From assembly GCA_021838945.1 (NCBI GenBank), contig JAKCCH010000001.1, positions 7,974 through 71,973 of the forward strand: 64,000 bases of DNA, in the 5' to 3' direction. This DNA is from Actinomycetes bacterium. Its GTDB lineage: Bacteria > Actinomycetota > Acidimicrobiia > Acidimicrobiales > Bog-793. This document shows positions 58,551 to 64,000 of this stretch, in pieces. Under the pieces are notes generated by a model. The model was given only the letters and a program-made list of their open reading frames with translations. It was not told the DNA's origin and searched no databases. The number at the start of each line of letters is the position of its first letter. Position 1 is the stretch's first letter. Both the position numbers and the translations under genes were made by a program.

Positions 58551-59126
58551 CTACTTGTGCAGGGTCACCCAGACGGCGCGGGCGGGCTCGGAGGAGTCGT
58601 TCCAGTACCGATGAGGGAGGCCCGAGTCGAGAGCTATCGAGTCTCCAGCGTGAAGGACGAACTGATGGAAGTTGATCTGCACGTTGAGATTCCCCTCCAG
58701 TACCACCCCGTACTCCCTCCCGGGATGCCGGATGAGCGCGCCGTCCTCCGCGGTCGACGCATGAGGCTCGTACACGTACTCGCAGAAGTCGAGGCCGTCC
58801 TCCGGCGCGGGCAGCAACAGCTGAGCCCGCACCCCGCTTCGAAGGTGGATCTCTTGGCGCTCGTAGCGGGACCTGATGTACCGATGGTTCGTGCCCGGGC
58901 GGAGGGAGTTTGTCTCCCCCTGCTCGTGAGGCTCGGCTGTGAACTCCTCGCCAAAGATGGACTCCATCGTCACGCCCAGATGGGGCACGATCGCGATGAG
59001 CAGGCTGACCGACGGTTCGACGATACCTCGCTCCACCTGGGAGATGTGACCGGCGGAGCAGCCCACCTGGCGTGCGAGCTCACGCACACCGAGGCCCCTC
59101 GCCTCGCGGGCCGAACGGAGCCTCAT
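58551..59126 (-). CDS. XRE-family HTH transcriptional regulator with C-terminal cupin domain
   Basis: ATG at 59126 (MRLRSAREARGLGVRELARQVGCSAGHISQVERG) gives 191 aa. It has a cupin-like C-terminus (GREYGVVLEGNL...HAGDSIALDSGLPHRYWN). The track N-terminal extension is rejected. Confidence 0.8.
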   Translation of the reverse strand: MRLRSAREARGLGVRELARQVGCSAGHISQVERGIVEPSVSLLIAIVPHLGVTMESIFGEEFTAEPHEQGETNSLRPGTNHRYIRSRYERQEIHLRSGVRAQLLLPAPEDGLDFCEYVYEPHASTAEDGALIRHPGREYGVVLEGNLNVQINFHQFVLHAGDSIALDSGLPHRYWNDSSEPARAVWVTLHK

Positions 59127-59347
59127 CCCGAGCGTGTGCAAGGTCAGCGACGCTGCGGGCCCGCTGCGGCGGTCGCTCGCCCCGCTCGCGGGCCTGATGG
59201 CCGAGGTTCCGGAACGGCGTCCTGCCACGGCAGGCACTCTAGTCCCAGGTCCCCCAACAAGATTCGGTCCGCCTCCTGCGATTCGGAGCAGATCGACCTG
59301 CTCTCTGCCTCGCCGGGGGATGGCTTCGAATGTGGCTGTTCTATTCC

Positions 59348-59377
59348 TTGACAGGTTGTTCTGTGCAAGAATACAGT
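59348..59377 (+). promoter_or_regulatory. candidate promoter P1 with embedded operator (tautomerase/ABC operon)
   Basis: TTGACA (59348-53) is followed by the 18-nt spacer ggtTGTTCTGTGcaagaa and then TACAGT (59372-77). A second TGTTCT copy lies at 59337-59342. RBS aaaggag precedes the ATG at 59398. Confidence 0.5.
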
Positions 59378-59397
59378 TCGCCGGAAAGGAGTCCGAC

Positions 59398-59583
59398 ATG
59401 CCAGTGGTGAACATACACGAGTCCGCTGGACGCACCACCGCGCAGCGCAGCGAGCTCGTGAAGGCGATAACCGATGCGTTTGTCGCGGCCTACGGCGTAC
59501 CGGCCGAGTCCGTGACGGTCTTCTTCAGCGCCTACACCGAGGAGCAGTGGGGCAAGAGCGGGCGGCTCAAGAGTCAGACCTAA
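59398..59583 (+). CDS. 4-oxalocrotonate tautomerase family enzyme
   Basis: 61 aa starting MPVVNIH, where Pro follows Met as in the catalytic Pro1 hallmark. The size and beta-alpha-beta pattern (SELVKAITDAFVAAYGVPAESVTVFF) fit this family. Confidence 0.8.
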   Translation: MPVVNIHESAGRTTAQRSELVKAITDAFVAAYGVPAESVTVFFSAYTEEQWGKSGRLKSQT

Positions 59584-59645
59584 GTGCGGTTGATTGGGCA
59601 GCTCCGGCAGATCGCCGGATGCGCTACGAAGGGAGAGGAGGAGAC

Positions 59646-60563
59646 GTGCAGCACGGTATCCAAAGACGGCGCTCACCGATGTGGCTCGGCTGTTCGGCCT
59701 TGCTGATAGCGCTTGCGTGCGGGCTCGCCGCTTGTAGCAGCGGCGGCGGCGCGAGCGGAACGACCGCACCTTCGAGTGGGAGCGGCGGCAGCACCGCCAA
59801 GTGTCATCTCCCCGGAAACTACTGCAAGACGGGCCTCACCGTCGCGGTGACCGAGGGCTATCCGCCCTATTCGTACCAGTCGCCCTCGGGCGCCCTGACT
59901 GGTCTCGAGCCGACCTTGGACAAGGCGGTGGCGAAGATCCTCGACGTCAAAATCACGTTCGTTCCCGAATCTTTCGAGGACGAGCTTCTCGGGTTGAAAG
60001 CCGCCAAGTACAGTTGGGTGCCGTCGCTCAATGTGACGGCTGCCCGTGAGAAGCTCTACGGCTTCGTGAGCTACGTCCAGGACGGCTCCACCTTCGGGAC
60101 GCTCAAGTCGTCGCCGTCGCTCACCTCGAACCCGATGAGCCTGTGCGGCTCGACGATCTCGGACGAGGTCGGTGACGTCGCACTTGCCCAGGTCGACACC
60201 TGGTCACAGCAGTGTACGAAGACCGGCAAGAAGGCGATCACAGTCCTCACGTTTCCGACTGAGAACGCGGCCTTCCTTGCCGTCGAGAGCGGGAAGGCCC
60301 AGTACACGGATACCTACCTCTCCGTCTTCGGCTACTTCCTCGCCACCAAGGGGGGCGGCAACTGGAAGCTCACCGGGCCGAAGTACGGGCTCACCCTCGT
60401 CGGCGACGCGTTTAACAAGCCGGCCACCTTGGCCCCCTACGTCGAGAAGGCGTACAACCAACTCATAGCGGACGGTCAGTACGCGAAGATCATCAAGGAG
60501 AGCGACTTCACCTCGGCGAACGAGGTGACGAAGGCTCAGCTGAACCCACCGCCGGGCAGCTGA
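59646..60563 (+). CDS. amino-acid ABC transporter substrate-binding lipoprotein (family 3)
   Basis: GTG at 59646 follows ggagaggagga. The signal and lipobox read RRRSPMWLGCSALLIALACGLAACSSGG. The protein is about 305 aa. Confidence 0.75.
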   Translation: MQHGIQRRRSPMWLGCSALLIALACGLAACSSGGGASGTTAPSSGSGGSTAKCHLPGNYCKTGLTVAVTEGYPPYSYQSPSGALTGLEPTLDKAVAKILDVKITFVPESFEDELLGLKAAKYSWVPSLNVTAAREKLYGFVSYVQDGSTFGTLKSSPSLTSNPMSLCGSTISDEVGDVALAQVDTWSQQCTKTGKKAITVLTFPTENAAFLAVESGKAQYTDTYLSVFGYFLATKGGGNWKLTGPKYGLTLVGDAFNKPATLAPYVEKAYNQLIADGQYAKIIKESDFTSANEVTKAQLNPPPGS

Positions 60564-60664
60564 ACTCAGCTCTCAGTTAGTCGACTCCGACGGCCGGTCC
60601 GTCAGTCATACGATGAACCGGTTCGGGCGCGCCGCTGAACCCACGGCCACGGAGGATCACACAA

Positions 60665-61660
60665 GTGATACGTGATCTTGTGACACGCTCTGAACAGGCC
60701 GCCACCGACCGCCCGGGCGAGGAAGCTTGGACGTTGCCGATCCGGCCGAGGCGCCGGATCGGCTACTGGCTCGTCGCCCTCGTCACGTGCCTCTGCATCG
60801 CGCTCCTCATCGCCTCGCTGGCGACGAACAAGGCAATGCAGTGGGGCGTCGTCGGCACCTACCTGTTCAACAGTCAGATCCTCCACGGCGCCACGATCAC
60901 CTGCGAGCTCACGGTCTTCTCCATGATCCTCGCCGAGCTGATCGCCGTCCCGATCGCCCTCTTTCGGCTCTCCGGCAACGCGTTCCTCCGTGTCGTCGGC
61001 TACCTGTACGTCTGGATGTTCAGGTCCATACCGCTTCTTGTACTGCTGATCGTGTGGTTCAACATCGGCCTCTTCTATCCGCGCATCGGGTTCGGCATCC
61101 CGTACGGCCCCGTCTTCGTCAGCGCCTCGACGAAGCAGCTCGTCACGGCGCTGGACGCCGCGGTCGCGGCCCTCGGTCTGAACGAGGCGGCATACTCCTC
61201 CGAGATCCTCCGGACGTCCATCCGCGCCGTCGCAGCAGGCCAGCGCGACGCCGCCAAGGCGCTTGGCATGAGGTCAACAGTCATGTTCCGACGGATCATC
61301 CTTCCGCAAGCGGTGAAGATAGCGATCCCACCGCTCGGCAACGACACGATCGGCATGGTGAAGAGCACAGCGCTTGTCGCGTTCATCGCGGTGCCCGACC
61401 TGCTTTACTCCTCCCAGACGATCTACGAGTCGAACTACGAGGTGGTGCCGCTGCTCATCGTGGCGTCGATCTGGTACATCGTGATCGTCACCGTACTCAC
61501 GATCATCCAGTCGCTTCTCGAGCGCTGGATGGACCGCTCGATGCGTAGCGCTGCTCGCCCGAACGTGGCGAAGCTGGCCGCGGGCTCACTGCATTCTCGC
61601 GAGGCTTTCGGTGCCTGGCGCACGGTGCCGGGCCTCGGCGAGAGCGAGACCGACACATGA
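60665..61660 (+). CDS. amino-acid ABC transporter permease (His/Glu/Gln/Arg/opine family)
   Basis: GTG at 60665 follows ggagga, giving 331 aa. The EAA-loop region reads LNEAAYSSEILRTSIRAVAAGQRDAAKALGM. Confidence 0.85.
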   Translation: MIRDLVTRSEQAATDRPGEEAWTLPIRPRRRIGYWLVALVTCLCIALLIASLATNKAMQWGVVGTYLFNSQILHGATITCELTVFSMILAELIAVPIALFRLSGNAFLRVVGYLYVWMFRSIPLLVLLIVWFNIGLFYPRIGFGIPYGPVFVSASTKQLVTALDAAVAALGLNEAAYSSEILRTSIRAVAAGQRDAAKALGMRSTVMFRRIILPQAVKIAIPPLGNDTIGMVKSTALVAFIAVPDLLYSSQTIYESNYEVVPLLIVASIWYIVIVTVLTIIQSLLERWMDRSMRSAARPNVAKLAAGSLHSREAFGAWRTVPGLGESETDT

Positions 61661-61688
61661 CGCGCAACCGATGGTGCGAGGCACTCGG

Positions 61689-62483
<795 letters not shown>

Positions 62484-62535
62484 CGGATAGGTGCGCGCGG
62501 GGTGCCGAGCCGTTGCCGGCCCGAACCGCTGCAGA

Positions 62536-62565
62536 TTGACTTGGTGTTCTGTGACAACATACACT
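62536..62565 (+). promoter_or_regulatory. candidate promoter P2 with embedded operator (crotonase/amidohydrolase operon)
   Basis: TTGACT (62536-41) is followed by the 18-nt spacer tggTGTTCTGTGACAACA and then TACACT (62560-65), 72 nt upstream of the GTG at 62637. Confidence 0.5.
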
Positions 62566-62636
62566 AGCCCGGCAAGAGATGAGCGGGCTGATCGGCAGGT
62601 CGGCTGGCGGCCATCCCGGACAGAGGGTGACTACTT

Positions 62637-63419
62637 GTGATTTGGAACCACATCTCGCTCGCGGCGGCTGAAGATGTGGCGCTCGTGACGCTGCGCCGAC
62701 CGGAGGTGCGCAATGCGCTGAGTGGCATGGCAATGATCGAGGAGCTGATCTGCGCGCTCGAGGAGGTGGAAGCGAGCGGCGCGGGCGCCCTCGTGCTCAC
62801 TGGGGAGGGCAAGGCGTTCAGCGCCGGAGGCAACGTGAAGGACATGGCAGCCCGAGAGGGGTTGTTCGCTCCGATGAGCGCCGGTCAGGTGCTCGATGTC
62901 TATCGCTCTGGAGTGCAACGGTTGCTGAGCAAGCTGTATCGCTGCGAGGTCGTCACCATCGCTGCGGTGAACGGTGCTGCCGTCGGGGCGGGGCTTGACC
63001 TCGCGCTGGCCTGCGACCTCCGGTACTGCGCGCCGGACGCTGTGTTCTCTGCCCCGTTCGTGAGTATTGGGCTGGTCCCAGGCGACGGCGGGATCCCTCT
63101 TCTCGCTGAAGCGGTCGGACGCCAGCGCGCTGCCGAACTCCTCTTCACCGGACGCCGCTGGGACGCCGGGGAGGCGCGGCGGTACGGGGTTGTCCTCGAC
63201 GTCGTCCACGCCGACGAGCTGCTCGAGCACGCGATGGCCGTGGCGAGAGACGTCGCAGCCAAGCCCCGCCAGGCGCTCCACCTCACGAAGCGACTGCTGC
63301 GCTTGGCGGTGACCGAGCAGCCGGCCGCCGTCAGCGAGCTGAGCGCAGCGTTCCAGGCAATCGCCCAGACAGGGCAGGAGCATCAGGCCGCTGCGGAAAG
63401 GCTGCCGCGCCGTGGTTGA
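62637..63419 (+). CDS. enoyl-CoA hydratase/isomerase (crotonase) family protein
   Basis: GTG at 62637 gives 260 aa. It has VALVTLRRPEVRNAL, GEGKAFSAGGNVKDM and AAVNGAAVGAGLDLALACDL oxyanion-hole segments. Confidence 0.85.
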   Translation: MIWNHISLAAAEDVALVTLRRPEVRNALSGMAMIEELICALEEVEASGAGALVLTGEGKAFSAGGNVKDMAAREGLFAPMSAGQVLDVYRSGVQRLLSKLYRCEVVTIAAVNGAAVGAGLDLALACDLRYCAPDAVFSAPFVSIGLVPGDGGIPLLAEAVGRQRAAELLFTGRRWDAGEARRYGVVLDVVHADELLEHAMAVARDVAAKPRQALHLTKRLLRLAVTEQPAAVSELSAAFQAIAQTGQEHQAAAERLPRRG

Positions 63420-64000
63420 CAAAGGCACGGCGAGAGCGGCCGCGAGCAACAGAGCGAAGTGCGTCGTTCCGCTCGCTGGCGCGATCGACACTCACGTCCA
63501 CTCCTCACCGGATGTGACGCCTCGAGTGCTCGACGATCTCGGTGTGGTGGCGGCAGCGGCGAGGGCAGGGTTGCGCGGGATCGTGCTGAAGAGCCATCAC
63601 TTCGCGACGGCGCCTCGCGCGGTGCTGGCGCAGACACAGGCGGCCGAGCTGTCGGTGTTTGGCGGGATCGTGCTCAACCGTTCTTCGTGCGGAGGGTTCA
63701 ACCCGGATGCGGTGAGGGTGAATCTTGCTGTCGGTGGCCGGATCGTCTGGATGCCGACGATCTCCGCTCGCAACCATCTCAACTACGTGGCCGCGACGAA
63801 CAACCCAGGTCACGTCGGCGCTATCGGGGCGGGACTGAGGGAGACCGGTCTCAGTCCGCTCATGAGAGATGGACGCGTCGACCCGGTTGTCGGCGAGATC
63901 CTCGGAGTCGTTGCTGAGAACGACGCTGTCCTCGCAACCGGACATCTATCGAGCGAGGAGATCTGCGCAGTCGTCGGCGAGGCTCGCCGCCGCGGCGTCC
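63412..64000 (+). CDS. amidohydrolase-fold (metal-dependent hydrolase-like) protein, partial, runs off the window
   Basis: This frame is not in the ORF track because it has no stop before the window end. GTG at 63412 overlaps the crotonase stop. The translation reads ...LAGAIDTHVHSSPDVTPRVLDDLGVVAAAARAGLRGIVLKSHHFATAPR...GGRIVWMPTISA.... Confidence 0.5.
   Translation, partial: MVDKGTARAAASNRAKCVVPLAGAIDTHVHSSPDVTPRVLDDLGVVAAAARAGLRGIVLKSHHFATAPRAVLAQTQAAELSVFGGIVLNRSSCGGFNPDAVRVNLAVGGRIVWMPTISARNHLNYVAATNNPGHVGAIGAGLRETGLSPLMRDGRVDPVVGEILGVVAENDAVLATGHLSSEEICAVVGEARRRGV

Overview
This is a GC-rich, Actinomycetota-like chromosomal segment, called by translation only with no database search. 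It is densely packed and mostly housekeeping, catabolic or transport genes: asd, an F420/LLM oxidoreductase, a Dpp/Opp-type peptide ABC operon, an acyl-CoA dehydrogenase, two aminotransferases, an arylsulfatase, an amidohydrolase with a DUF35-thiolase pair, a heterodimeric ABC exporter and an amino-acid ABC operon. Six accessory parts stand out. (1) 2.4-6.0 kb holds a co-directional operon of a beta-class SPPY DNA methyltransferase with an extra C-terminal domain, a candidate S-x-K type restriction endonuclease and a patatin-like phospholipase. (2) There are two very large secreted all-beta proteins of 1076 aa and 3157 aa. The 3157-aa one has 14 Cys-pair modules, IPT/TIG domains, an embedded hydrophobic helical insert and a C-terminal propeller-like repeat. 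(3) Immediately upstream on the same strand, an atypical receiver-domain gene is joined by an ATGA overlap to a polytopic membrane protein with a degenerate histidine-kinase-like core. I rank this three-gene locus as the best candidate for an undescribed system. (4) A zinc-ribbon/cyclase/AAA/TPR regulator sits next to a large GT-C-like membrane protein. (5) 53.5-56.1 kb is a decayed mobile-element cluster. (6) 56-64 kb is a catabolic island whose three promoters share one operator-like motif beside an XRE-cupin regulator. I found no tRNA, rRNA or CRISPR. Many long overlapping ORFs in the track are GC-driven artefacts.
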